Shown piece by piece: positions 19,436 to 28,018 of a DNA stretch of 59,642 bases. The notes beneath the pieces are model-generated. The model was not told the origin of the DNA. It saw only the letters and a list, made by a program, of their open reading frames with translations, and did no database searches. Position 1 is the stretch's first letter; each line of letters starts with the position of its first letter. This stretch comes from Candidatus Nanoarchaeia archaeon (lineage in GTDB: Archaea > Nanobdellota > Nanobdellia > UBA10117), in NCBI GenBank assembly GCA_049969975.1, contig JBMFNW010000002.1, forward strand, positions 1-59,642. The letters are read 5' to 3'. The position numbers and the translations under genes were made by a program.

Positions 19436-20860
19436 TTAAAATGTACTCTTTAGCTTGGCTATTGCTGCACCAACTATGTTTTTAGTTATGTCTGGATAAA
19501 ACCATAGCCCTATGACGAGCAACAATAAAATAATAACTAAAAGAACTAAAAGACCATTTGCTTTTGCAAAACCTCTTTTAATCAATTTTCTTTGTGCAAC
19601 TTTTTCTTTGTGCTGCAACTCAGCAGATTTTCGCACATAGTGCTCGAATAGTGCACGCCTGCCTTTTTTCCCAGTCTCGTATTTTTCTTTCGATTTCTCT
19701 TTGAAATTAAGTAATTGTTGATTAAGAGCTTTAAGTGCCCAGCTTACAGCAGTGTTCAAGTCAAAATGCGCATATTCTGAAGTAAATGTTTTCGAGGCAA
19801 GTGCAAGCCTTAAGTGAACAGAGTATTTTTGTCTTTTTGTTTCTTTTTTCTCATATCTTTTTATTTGTACTCGGAAATAGTGCACGCGTTCTCTTATATA
19901 AAGGCGCAATGCTTTCTCATAAAATTCTGCTACTTGTTCTCGTACAGAGTCAAAAAGCTGACCTGGCAATGCTTCACAACCAATAAATTGAATTGGCCAG
20001 TATGCAACACCGCTTGTCTCTATTATTGCTTTCAAAATATCTCTTGTTGTTATTATGCCGATAGGTTTCTTATTTTCTGTAATAACTAAATCAGAAATGC
20101 GATGCTCATAAAGCTCTTTTAACACTTCGCTAAGTGTATCAGATTGCTTCGCAGTAAATAATGGTACGGATGCAAAATCTCCAACAGGCATATCTAGTAA
20201 AAAGTCTTTATCTGCAAGAAATACTTTACTCGGACCTGTTAAAATTTGGCCTTTTGCAGTTCTGCTGCTTTTCTTAAGGCCCTGAAATTTCGATACACCT
20301 TTCGGATATATGTGTTTGTAAAGATCTGTTAAAGAAAATACAGATAAAAGTCTTCCTTGTTTGTCAACAATTGGCGCATGGCTTATTTCTTTTTCTTTAA
20401 AGATATTTATAACATTTCCAAGTCTTGTATTGTATTCAAATGTAATTGGATTTATAGTTGCAATGTCTATACATTTCATTTTTGAAAGTGCTGGAAGTTT
20501 AATAAATGCTGGTAAAATATCACGAGAACGTACCACTCCAATTATTTGGTTTTTCCTTTGCACTGGTAAAATGCAAGGATAGTATTGATAAATTAGTCTT
20601 GCAGCTTCGAGCAAAGATGTTTCGGGATTAACGACTGGTGGAAAACTAGTAAATGTGCCTGCTTTTGCATTAGGATCTAATTTTGACTCTATTAACCTTA
20701 CTCTATCCAGCAAGCCTCTGAATGCTTTTTTGTGTTTCTTATCGAATACTAAGCCATACCTCTCATCTGCAGCAATTAATTTTGCAAGCGCTTGTCTTAT
20801 TGGCTCATCAGCGTCAATTTTCACAAATTTTGTTGACATAACATCTGCTACTGTGGCCAT
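19436..20860 (-). CDS. CBS-domain (about 4 copies) protein fused to an HPF/RaiA-like (ribosomal S30AE) domain and a C-terminal TM anchor
   Basis: Repeated CBS patterns occupy residues 1-290. Residues ~300-395 (IQFIGCEALPGQLFDSVREQVAEFYEKALR...YSVHLRLALASKTFTSEYAHFDLNTAVSWALKALNQQLLNFKEK) follow the beta-alpha-beta-beta-beta-alpha motif order of hibernation factors. The hydrophobic helix GLLVLLVIILLLLVIGLWFY lies near the C-terminus. Confidence 0.6.
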   Translation of the reverse strand: MATVADVMSTKFVKIDADEPIRQALAKLIAADERYGLVFDKKHKKAFRGLLDRVRLIESKLDPNAKAGTFTSFPPVVNPETSLLEAARLIYQYYPCILPVQRKNQIIGVVRSRDILPAFIKLPALSKMKCIDIATINPITFEYNTRLGNVINIFKEKEISHAPIVDKQGRLLSVFSLTDLYKHIYPKGVSKFQGLKKSSRTAKGQILTGPSKVFLADKDFLLDMPVGDFASVPLFTAKQSDTLSEVLKELYEHRISDLVITENKKPIGIITTRDILKAIIETSGVAYWPIQFIGCEALPGQLFDSVREQVAEFYEKALRLYIRERVHYFRVQIKRYEKKETKRQKYSVHLRLALASKTFTSEYAHFDLNTAVSWALKALNQQLLNFKEKSKEKYETGKKGRRALFEHYVRKSAELQHKEKVAQRKLIKRGFAKANGLLVLLVIILLLLVIGLWFYPDITKNIVGAAIAKLKSTF

Positions 20861-20934
20861 GTAAAATCTGTATATTTTCTAGTATAAATATTTTAGCCTT
20901 TTTATGAAAATAATAAAAGAAAGGTCTATTAAAA

Positions 20935-21675
20935 TTATAATTTGTGGTATTCTAACATAGGAAAATTTAGGCTTCTTGTATCAATTGTTGCAAACCACCC
21001 ATCGAGTAATGCTCCTGGATTTATGGTATGTTTTCTGTGTTTGAGTAAAAGATATACCGATCCACTTTCTGGTATGCGAGTAACAATTCCTTTTTCAGGA
21101 TCGCAATAAGTGTAAGATGGCTCGTGATCATGTCCCCTGATCATTACTTTGTAACCTTTCTTATCCATTACTTCAAAATTTTTTCTGTGATCATTTTCTG
21201 TTTTTAATCGAAACCATAAATCCTTTATTTTCTCTGGACAGCCAGGATAACTTGATAAATCACCATCGCATGCACCATGAATAATTATTGTTGGATAGTC
21301 TTTACCAAATTTATCTTTGTCGAGAAAAATGGTATATTGATCTTGTGAATTAACTAGTTTATTAATATACTCCTTAGCAACAGGATCGCTTATTAATTCA
21401 TAATAAAGTTCAAAACGAGTCTTTCCTTGTCTTTTTAATACTTCAGAAGCCATTCTTAAATCGTTTAGAATTGCATGATCATGATTCCCAGGCACTTTAA
21501 TAACTAATTTTTCTGCACTTAGATATTTTTTCTCCAAATCTCTAAATTGATGAATTGTTTTTGTTTGGTCAAAATCCCCCAAGCATATCAACACGTCCAC
21601 GTTTTGAAAGGCCAGAACTTTCTCTAAACCATTCAATTCTGTTCCGTGAAGATCGCCGAATATAGCATATTTCAT
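20935..21675 (-). CDS. calcineurin-like metallophosphoesterase
   Basis: GDLHG, GDFD, GNHD and GHDH motif series. Confidence 0.8.
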   Translation of the reverse strand: MKYAIFGDLHGTELNGLEKVLAFQNVDVLICLGDFDQTKTIHQFRDLEKKYLSAEKLVIKVPGNHDHAILNDLRMASEVLKRQGKTRFELYYELISDPVAKEYINKLVNSQDQYTIFLDKDKFGKDYPTIIIHGACDGDLSSYPGCPEKIKDLWFRLKTENDHRKNFEVMDKKGYKVMIRGHDHEPSYTYCDPEKGIVTRIPESGSVYLLLKHRKHTINPGALLDGWFATIDTRSLNFPMLEYHKL

Positions 21676-21796
21676 TTTACTTGTGGTTTTACTTAGGTGG
21701 TTTTACTTAAGCAGTTAGTTGTACAATAGTATTTGTGTTTAAATTTTTTAATTATTTGCCTCAAACTATGCCGAATCCATGCTCGAATGCCTGCTT

Positions 21797-21818
21797 TTAA
21801 GCCGAGAGAAAGGCTTAA
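21797..21818 (+). promoter_or_regulatory. 7-bp stem hairpin (TTAAGCC-GAGAGAAA-GGCTTAA) in the uL1 leader; candidate L1 autoregulatory element
   Basis: The stem was read directly from the sequence. It lies about 55 nt upstream of the uL1 ATG. Its function is inferred only by analogy with L1 mRNA autoregulation in methanococci. Confidence 0.2.
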
Positions 21819-21870
21819 AAAACCAAATTTTCGTTTTATGTCACCGCTTTGGCGGGAGTCGAAATGTAAA

Positions 21871-22521
21871 ATGGTAGACGAAAACGCGATCCGCGAGGCA
21901 ATAAAGAAATTACGCGCGAGTCCTAAAAGAAAATTTGTTCAAACAGTTGAACTTATTGTTAATTTAAAAGATATTGATGTTAAAAAAGAAGAAGGAAAAA
22001 TCGAAGAACTTTTAGCCCTGCCAAATGGTAGAGGAGAACCAGCAAAAATATGTGCACTTATAGGACCAGAACTTTTGGATTTTACCAAAGGTATTTGCGA
22101 TCGCGTAATTTTAGCAGATGATTTCGAGAAACTAAGCCAAAGAGAAATAAAACGAATAGCTCGCGATTATACTTTCTTTATAGCTCAAGCAAATATAATG
22201 CCTTTGGTGGCAAAAGTTTTTGGTAGAGCACTAGCCTCGAAAGGTAAAATGCCAACACCAAAGTTTGGCCTCATTGTTCCACCAAAATCAAATGTAAAAC
22301 CTCTTGTTGAAAAGTTAAGAAAATCCATAAAATTAATTAGTAAAAAAGCACCAGTAATACAAACAATTGTTGGGAATGAAAAAATGTCAGATGAAGAATT
22401 GATGCAGAATATTATAGCAGTACTAGATTTATTAAAAGCAAAGCTGCCAAATAGCGAGCGCAACATTAAAAACATTATACTTAAATTAACTATGGGTGCT
22501 CCTATAAGTGTAAATTTATGA
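21871..22521 (+). CDS. rpl1: 50S ribosomal protein uL1
   Basis: From the ATG at 21871: MVDENAIREAIKKLRASPKRKFVQTVELIVNLKDID..., a typical uL1. The 46 upstream codons of the ORF-track call look non-coding. Confidence 0.9.
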   Translation: MVDENAIREAIKKLRASPKRKFVQTVELIVNLKDIDVKKEEGKIEELLALPNGRGEPAKICALIGPELLDFTKGICDRVILADDFEKLSQREIKRIARDYTFFIAQANIMPLVAKVFGRALASKGKMPTPKFGLIVPPKSNVKPLVEKLRKSIKLISKKAPVIQTIVGNEKMSDEELMQNIIAVLDLLKAKLPNSERNIKNIILKLTMGAPISVNL

Positions 22522-22546
22522 ATAAAGTTTGCATGAGTGTGAAGCT

Positions 22547-23362
22547 ATGAAAGAAGCTGTGAAAAAATCAAAAGCTTTGAAAGAAAAAGCAGCAAAAGTT
22601 CATGAGCTAGCAAGTCTTTTGACAAAATATAAAAGTATTGGGGTTTTAGATTTAACAAATTTGCCAGCAAAGCAGCTTAAAGCAACAAGAGCCAAAGTTG
22701 CTGAAAAAATTTTGTTTTATTTTGCTCGCAAATCCATTTTGCTACGTGCGCTTGAAGAAGCCAAACGCGAAGAACTTAAGCAACTTAAACCTTATATTGA
22801 AAGTACAAATTGTGCACTTTTACTTTCGAACTGCGATTCTTTTGAAATGTTTAGGCTTTTAAAAGCAAATAAGCAAGCAACTTCAATAAAGCCGGGCCAA
22901 ATAGTTCCATTTGATATTATTGTGCCTGCAGGACCAACACCTTTTGCACCAGGTCCAATAACATCAGAATTTGCGCAATTAGGTTTAAAAACAAAAGTAG
23001 AGGCTGGCAAAATCGTGATTCGTGAGCCAGCAGTTATTGTTAAAAAAGATCAACCAGCTAGTCCTCTTGCAGCAAGCATGTTATCACGCTTAGGCATAAA
23101 ACCTATAGAAATAGCAGCTTTGCCAAAATACGTATTGGAAAATGGCTTGCTATATGCAGCAAGCATTCTTGATGTAGATGTTAATAAATATGCACAAGAT
23201 TTAAAAACTGCTGTCTTGAACGGAGTAAAGTTGGCGAGCGAAATTGGTTTAGTTTCGCCAGAAAATGCACAATTCCTGTTAATGCTCGCAGTGTGGCAAA
23301 GTGCCGCACTCCAAAACAAATTAGAAAACATAGCACAGAAGGTAACGGAACAGAAGGTTTAA
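22547..23362 (+). CDS. rpl10: 50S ribosomal protein uL10 (acidic protein P0)
   Basis: P0-like N-terminal domain. Located between uL1 and P1. Confidence 0.85.
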   Translation: MKEAVKKSKALKEKAAKVHELASLLTKYKSIGVLDLTNLPAKQLKATRAKVAEKILFYFARKSILLRALEEAKREELKQLKPYIESTNCALLLSNCDSFEMFRLLKANKQATSIKPGQIVPFDIIVPAGPTPFAPGPITSEFAQLGLKTKVEAGKIVIREPAVIVKKDQPASPLAASMLSRLGIKPIEIAALPKYVLENGLLYAASILDVDVNKYAQDLKTAVLNGVKLASEIGLVSPENAQFLLMLAVWQSAALQNKLENIAQKVTEQKV

Positions 23363-23363
23363 A

Positions 23364-23657
23364 ATGGAAACGATATACGCTGCACTTTTGTTGCATAAGG
23401 CCGGAAAGCCAATAGAGGAGAGCTCAATAGAAGCTGTACTAACTGCAGCGGGTCTTACGCCTGATAAGGCACTTATCAAAGCCACAGTTACTGCGCTTAA
23501 AGATATTGATATTGAAAAAACCATAAAAGAAGCCTTAGTAGCACCCGCCGCAGCAGCGCCAGCACCAAAAGAAGAAAAGAAAGAAGAAAAGAAAGAAAAA
23601 GAAGAAAAGAAAACAGAAGAAGAAGCTGCAGCAGGCTTAAGTGCGCTATTTGGCTAA
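23364..23657 (+). CDS. rpl12: 50S ribosomal stalk protein P1 (L12e)
   Basis: [15 protein letters not shown]..., an Ala/Pro hinge, an EEKKEEKK acidic tail and the terminal GLSALFG. Confidence 0.9.
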   Translation: METIYAALLLHKAGKPIEESSIEAVLTAAGLTPDKALIKATVTALKDIDIEKTIKEALVAPAAAAPAPKEEKKEEKKEKEEKKTEEEAAAGLSALFG

Positions 23658-23666
23658 ATCCGGCTT

Positions 23667-24461
23667 ATGGAAGGAGAAAAAGGAGCAAATCTAGAAGATT
23701 TAAGAAAAGAGATAACTGAATTAAGCAACATACTCAAAAATTTAAGCGAACAACAAAAAACATATCATAAAGAAAAGAAAGATATTGACGCTAAGCTTTC
23801 TGAGCTTATTGAAACTGCTAAGAAATTAAAAAAAGAAAAGCAAGAGTTGACTTCTGAAATAAAAAATAAAAAAGCACTCCGAGCAAAACTTAATCGCGAA
23901 GTCGCAGAAGCTTTTCGGCAAACTGCAAAACAGAAAAGCAAGGTCGATCCAAAAAAATTATCTAGACAAATTGAGGCAATGCAATATGCTATTGAAGTTG
24001 AAGGTTTGCCTTTTGAAAAAGAAAAGCTTTACATGGATAGAATAAAACAATTAAAACAAAAACTTGCTGAATTAGAAGCAGCAAGTCAAAGCAATGCTGA
24101 ATATCAACAGAAAAAAGCAAAAGCAGATGAAGTGCACGCAGCAATTTTAGCTTTGGTTTCTCAAAATAATACAGTATTTACAAAACTTACTCAACTTGCA
24201 CAAGAAATTAAAAGCTTAAAAACCAAACGAAAAGCAGTGCAAGCTAAAATTAAAGAAATAAAATTAAAAATTGACGAAAACACCGCTCATCTCAGCCAAA
24301 CACTCAGCACATGGCTTTCAGCTACAGAAAAGGAAAAAGAAACAAAAGCTCCTGAAGTTTCAACAGAGCAAATTTTAGAGCAGTTTAAAAATACAAAGAA
24401 ATTAACAAAAGAAGACTTATTTAAACTGCAAAGAGCTTTATTAAAGAATAGTAAAGCATAA
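23667..24461 (+). CDS. archaeal coiled-coil protein (COG1340-like)
   Basis: 264 aa, almost entirely heptad-like K/E/L/Q-rich sequence. A position after P1 and before alaS is seen in other archaea. Confidence 0.55.
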   Translation: MEGEKGANLEDLRKEITELSNILKNLSEQQKTYHKEKKDIDAKLSELIETAKKLKKEKQELTSEIKNKKALRAKLNREVAEAFRQTAKQKSKVDPKKLSRQIEAMQYAIEVEGLPFEKEKLYMDRIKQLKQKLAELEAASQSNAEYQQKKAKADEVHAAILALVSQNNTVFTKLTQLAQEIKSLKTKRKAVQAKIKEIKLKIDENTAHLSQTLSTWLSATEKEKETKAPEVSTEQILEQFKNTKKLTKEDLFKLQRALLKNSKA

Positions 24462-24474
24462 TTGAAATTTAAAA

Positions 24475-26916
24475 ATGGCCATAACTAAAGCCGAATTGGG
24501 TAAGCAATTTGCCAAGGATTGGCAAATACATTATGCACTAAATGTGCTCAAAGAAAGAGGTTTTAGCAGAAAGCAATGCAAAAAATGCGGTAAATGGTTT
24601 TGGACAAGCGATCCGAGTCGTGTTGTTTGCGGTGATAGTACTTGCGTTCCGTATTCATTTATTGGCAAAGTTGGTTGGGCTCGCGATTGCTGGACTCACG
24701 ACTATGTAGATACTTGGAGAGAATTTGCAAGGTTTTTTCAAAAACACGGCAGAACGGCCATACCTAGATATCCAACAATTGCGCGTTGGCGAGATGATAC
24801 TTGGTTTGTGCAAGCATCAATTTATGATTTTCAACCTCACGTTGTAAGTGGAGAAAGCGCACCACCTGCAAATCCACTCGTAATTGCACAACCTTGTTTA
24901 AGATTTAATGACATAGAAAATATTGGCGTAACAAATAGGCACATGTCTTCTTTTGTAATGCTTGGCCAACACAATTTTATTTCTGATAAACGTAAAGATT
25001 GGAAAGAAGAAGATGTTGGACTTGTTATTGATTGCTTAAAACATTTCAAAATACCTGAGAAAGAAATAACTTTTGTAGAATCTGTTTGGATGGGCGGTGG
25101 TTGCGCAGGGCCTTGTTTTGAAGTCTTTGTTGGCGGAATGGAAGTTTTAACTGCAGTGTTTATGCAATATGCAGTTGATAATGGTTTAAAAGAACTCCCA
25201 TTAAAAATCATCGACTTTGGTTGGGGACTTGAAAGATTGGCTTGGCTACTAAACGGAACTTATACTTCTTATGAAATTGCATATGATCCTGTTGATAAAA
25301 AATTCGCTAAGCAAATTGGCTTTTCCCCCGACAAAGATTTCTTAAAAGAATTTTCTAAAGTAAATGCAAATTTAGATTTAAATGAAACAAACATTGACAA
25401 AGCTTTAGTTTATGTTTCAAAAGAACTAGGGCTTTCTTTAGAAGAATTGAAGAAAAAAATTAAGCCAATACAAGCATTTTATTCTATTTTAGACCATTCG
25501 AGAACTTTGCTGTTTGCACTTGCAGATGGCGCACTGCCTTCAAATAGTGGAGGAGGATATAACTTGCGTGTTTTGCTAAGACGTGCTTTGAGGCTTGCCG
25601 AAGAACAAGGCTGGGACATTGATTTAAAGTGGCTTGTTAGAGAGCATGCACAAGCGCTTTATGGCAAACCAGCACCGCGAGTTGTAACTGGTCTTAGCAA
25701 GGAAGAGCTACTCGAAGCACAATTAATGCCAATGTATCCGGAGCTAAGGCAGGCTTTGCCAGATGTTGAAAAAATACTTGATGTCGAAGTTAAAAAATAC
25801 ACAGAATCTAAAGCTAAAGCAGCGCAATTTTTGACAAAACTTTTGGAAAGCACAACAGAAATAGGACCTTCTGAACTAATAAAATTGTATGAAAGCCAAG
25901 GCATTTTGCCGGAAGATGTTGCTGCAGCCGCTGCAAAAATTGGCAAAATTATTAAAATACCTTCTAATTTTTATTCACAAATTGCCAGTTCGCATGCAGT
26001 TGCACCAAAAAAAGCTTTGCCAGAAAGTTTTTTGAAATTCAAAACTAAACAAACAGAACTGCTCTATTATAAAAATGATAAATTATTTGAATTTGATGCC
26101 AAAGTACTAGAAATTGTTGATAATAGATATGTTGTTCTCGATAAAACTGCTTTTTATCCAACTTCAGGCGGACAACATTGCGATTTGGGCGTAATTAATG
26201 ATGTTTGTAATGTTTTAGATGTGTACAAACAAGGTAATTTGGTAATACATGAAGTTGAACCTATTAAATTTAAAGTTGGAGATATAGTGACTTGTAAATT
26301 AGATGTTGAAAGAAGACAACAGCTAATGCGCCATCATACTGCAACACATATTTTAAATGGTATTTGCAGGCGAGAGCTTGGAAATCATATTTGGCAAGCT
26401 GGTGCAGAGAAAACTGTAGAAAAAGCAAGGCTTGATATTACACATTATCAGAATTTGAGTCAAGAGGAGTTAAGAAGAATCGAAGCTTTAGCAAACGAAG
26501 TCGTCTTAGCAAATATTCCTGTGCAAAAGTATTTTTTGCCGAGAGCTGAGGCAGAAAAGAAATTTGGAATGCGAATTTATCAAGGTGGAGCAGTACCAGG
26601 AGCAGAAATTAGAATTGTTGAAATACCTGGCTTAGATGTAGAAGCTTGTGGAGGCATTCATTGCGATAGCACTTTAGAGGTTGGTCCAATAAAGATTTTA
26701 GGCTCTAAGAAAATTCAAGATGGCATTATAAGATTAGAATTTGCTGCTGGGAAAAAAGCTCTCGAAGCAATACAAAAAGAAAGTGCTTTGCTGCGTGAAG
26801 CTGCACAAGTTTTTAGTGTGCAACTAGAACAACTTCCAAATACATGTGCACGCTTTTTTAAAGAGTGGAAAGAACAAAGAAAAGAGCTAGCCAAGTTTAA
26901 AAAAGGTTTGAAGTAA
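24475..26916 (+). CDS. alaS: alanine--tRNA ligase, archaeal type, apparently lacking the C-terminal C-Ala/DHHA1 domain
   Basis: Class II catalytic core and an editing domain with HTATHIL and CGGIHC zinc motifs. The protein ends about 95 aa after CGGIHC in a coiled-coil segment (813 aa). Confidence 0.9.
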   Translation: MAITKAELGKQFAKDWQIHYALNVLKERGFSRKQCKKCGKWFWTSDPSRVVCGDSTCVPYSFIGKVGWARDCWTHDYVDTWREFARFFQKHGRTAIPRYPTIARWRDDTWFVQASIYDFQPHVVSGESAPPANPLVIAQPCLRFNDIENIGVTNRHMSSFVMLGQHNFISDKRKDWKEEDVGLVIDCLKHFKIPEKEITFVESVWMGGGCAGPCFEVFVGGMEVLTAVFMQYAVDNGLKELPLKIIDFGWGLERLAWLLNGTYTSYEIAYDPVDKKFAKQIGFSPDKDFLKEFSKVNANLDLNETNIDKALVYVSKELGLSLEELKKKIKPIQAFYSILDHSRTLLFALADGALPSNSGGGYNLRVLLRRALRLAEEQGWDIDLKWLVREHAQALYGKPAPRVVTGLSKEELLEAQLMPMYPELRQALPDVEKILDVEVKKYTESKAKAAQFLTKLLESTTEIGPSELIKLYESQGILPEDVAAAAAKIGKIIKIPSNFYSQIASSHAVAPKKALPESFLKFKTKQTELLYYKNDKLFEFDAKVLEIVDNRYVVLDKTAFYPTSGGQHCDLGVINDVCNVLDVYKQGNLVIHEVEPIKFKVGDIVTCKLDVERRQQLMRHHTATHILNGICRRELGNHIWQAGAEKTVEKARLDITHYQNLSQEELRRIEALANEVVLANIPVQKYFLPRAEAEKKFGMRIYQGGAVPGAEIRIVEIPGLDVEACGGIHCDSTLEVGPIKILGSKKIQDGIIRLEFAAGKKALEAIQKESALLREAAQVFSVQLEQLPNTCARFFKEWKEQRKELAKFKKGLK

Positions 26917-26927
26917 TTGCTTTATTT

Positions 26928-27545
26928 CTATTTTTTCTCTTGTTTTTGTGTTTCTGCTGTTTCCGTAGCTTTTTCTAGAGCTTCTATTTTTGCAAGCTCT
27001 TGAGAAATTGCAGCACGCTCAGCTTCTAATTCTTCAACTTCTTTTTGTGTCAGTTCTGTTCTTTCTTCTTCTATTAATTTATCGTATTTGCCTTCCTTAA
27101 CTTCTTTAATAACATCTTTTGGATCTTTACCTTCGACTTTAAGTCCAATAGATTTACAAGTTCCTAATAACTCTAAGACTTTTTGTTTTAGATTTTTACC
27201 ACTAATTTTATCATATTTTAGTTTAGCAATTTTTATTAAGTGAGGTAGTTTTAATGCACCAATTATTTTTAAGCCTGCAGTTCCAGAACCTTTGCTAACG
27301 CCAGCTTCTTTTAATAAAAGTGCAGAAACAGGGGGAAGACCTACCTCAATTTCAAATTTTTTTGCATCTGTATCTATTATAACTTTGACTGGAACATCCA
27401 TTCCAGCCATTTGCGCAGTTTTTGCATTAATTTCTTTAACCACTTCACCAATATTTATTCCTTTGCCGGCTAAAGAAGGCCCAAGTGGAGGCCCGGCATT
27501 TGCTTGCCCCCCTTTAACCATTAAAGAAATAGTTTCTTTAACCAT
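26928..27545 (-). CDS. rpl11: 50S ribosomal protein uL11 with E/K-rich C-terminal extension
   Basis: GGQANAGPPLGPSLAGKGINIGEVVKEIN motif. About 45 extra C-terminal residues (EEERTELTQKEVEELEAERAA...). Confidence 0.9.
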   Translation of the reverse strand: MVKETISLMVKGGQANAGPPLGPSLAGKGINIGEVVKEINAKTAQMAGMDVPVKVIIDTDAKKFEIEVGLPPVSALLLKEAGVSKGSGTAGLKIIGALKLPHLIKIAKLKYDKISGKNLKQKVLELLGTCKSIGLKVEGKDPKDVIKEVKEGKYDKLIEEERTELTQKEVEELEAERAAISQELAKIEALEKATETAETQKQEKK

Positions 27546-28007
27546 TTAACCTCCTTCTTTTTCTTCGCTTTCAGCTTTTGTTACAACTTTTATCGCATCC
27601 AAGCCGATTGTAATTGGAATTGGGACTGTTGCTTCTAATAATTTTAATATAACTTGACCTTTTTGAACATCCACTCTTGTGACTTTTGCCTTTTCACCTT
27701 TTAACGGACCTTCTACAATTGTAACGGTATCTCCTTCGTGAACATCAACACGTTCAGGCACAAATTCTATTAAATGGGAAATCTCTGTCATTGTCAGAGG
27801 CGTTCGAAGCACCCCACCAACATAAGGTACGCCTGCAGAAATTTGTTTAATAAGGTCTGGTGAGCTAGCTTCCACTAAAATATATCCCGTCATGCCATAA
27901 GGCCTTAAAAGAGCATAAATTCCTTTGACTTTTTTAGCATTGCTTTTGAGAAAATCGAGTACTTGTTCCTCACGCCCAACTGTTGTTCGCAAAACATAGA
28001 TTGCCAT
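27546..28007 (-). CDS. spt5: transcription elongation factor Spt5 (NusG)
   Basis: NGN domain (IYVLRTTVGREEQV) and KOW motif (GDTVTIVEGPLKGEKAKV). Confidence 0.9.
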   Translation of the reverse strand: MAIYVLRTTVGREEQVLDFLKSNAKKVKGIYALLRPYGMTGYILVEASSPDLIKQISAGVPYVGGVLRTPLTMTEISHLIEFVPERVDVHEGDTVTIVEGPLKGEKAKVTRVDVQKGQVILKLLEATVPIPITIGLDAIKVVTKAESEEKEGG

Positions 28008-28018
28008 GGTTACTCCAT

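Noticed and set aside
21733-21870. 46-codon N-terminal extension of uL1 given by the ORF track (alternative start at 21733)
   Set aside because: The extension does not resemble uL1. The canonical uL1 N-terminus begins at the ATG at 21871, and the upstream part looks like a structured leader.
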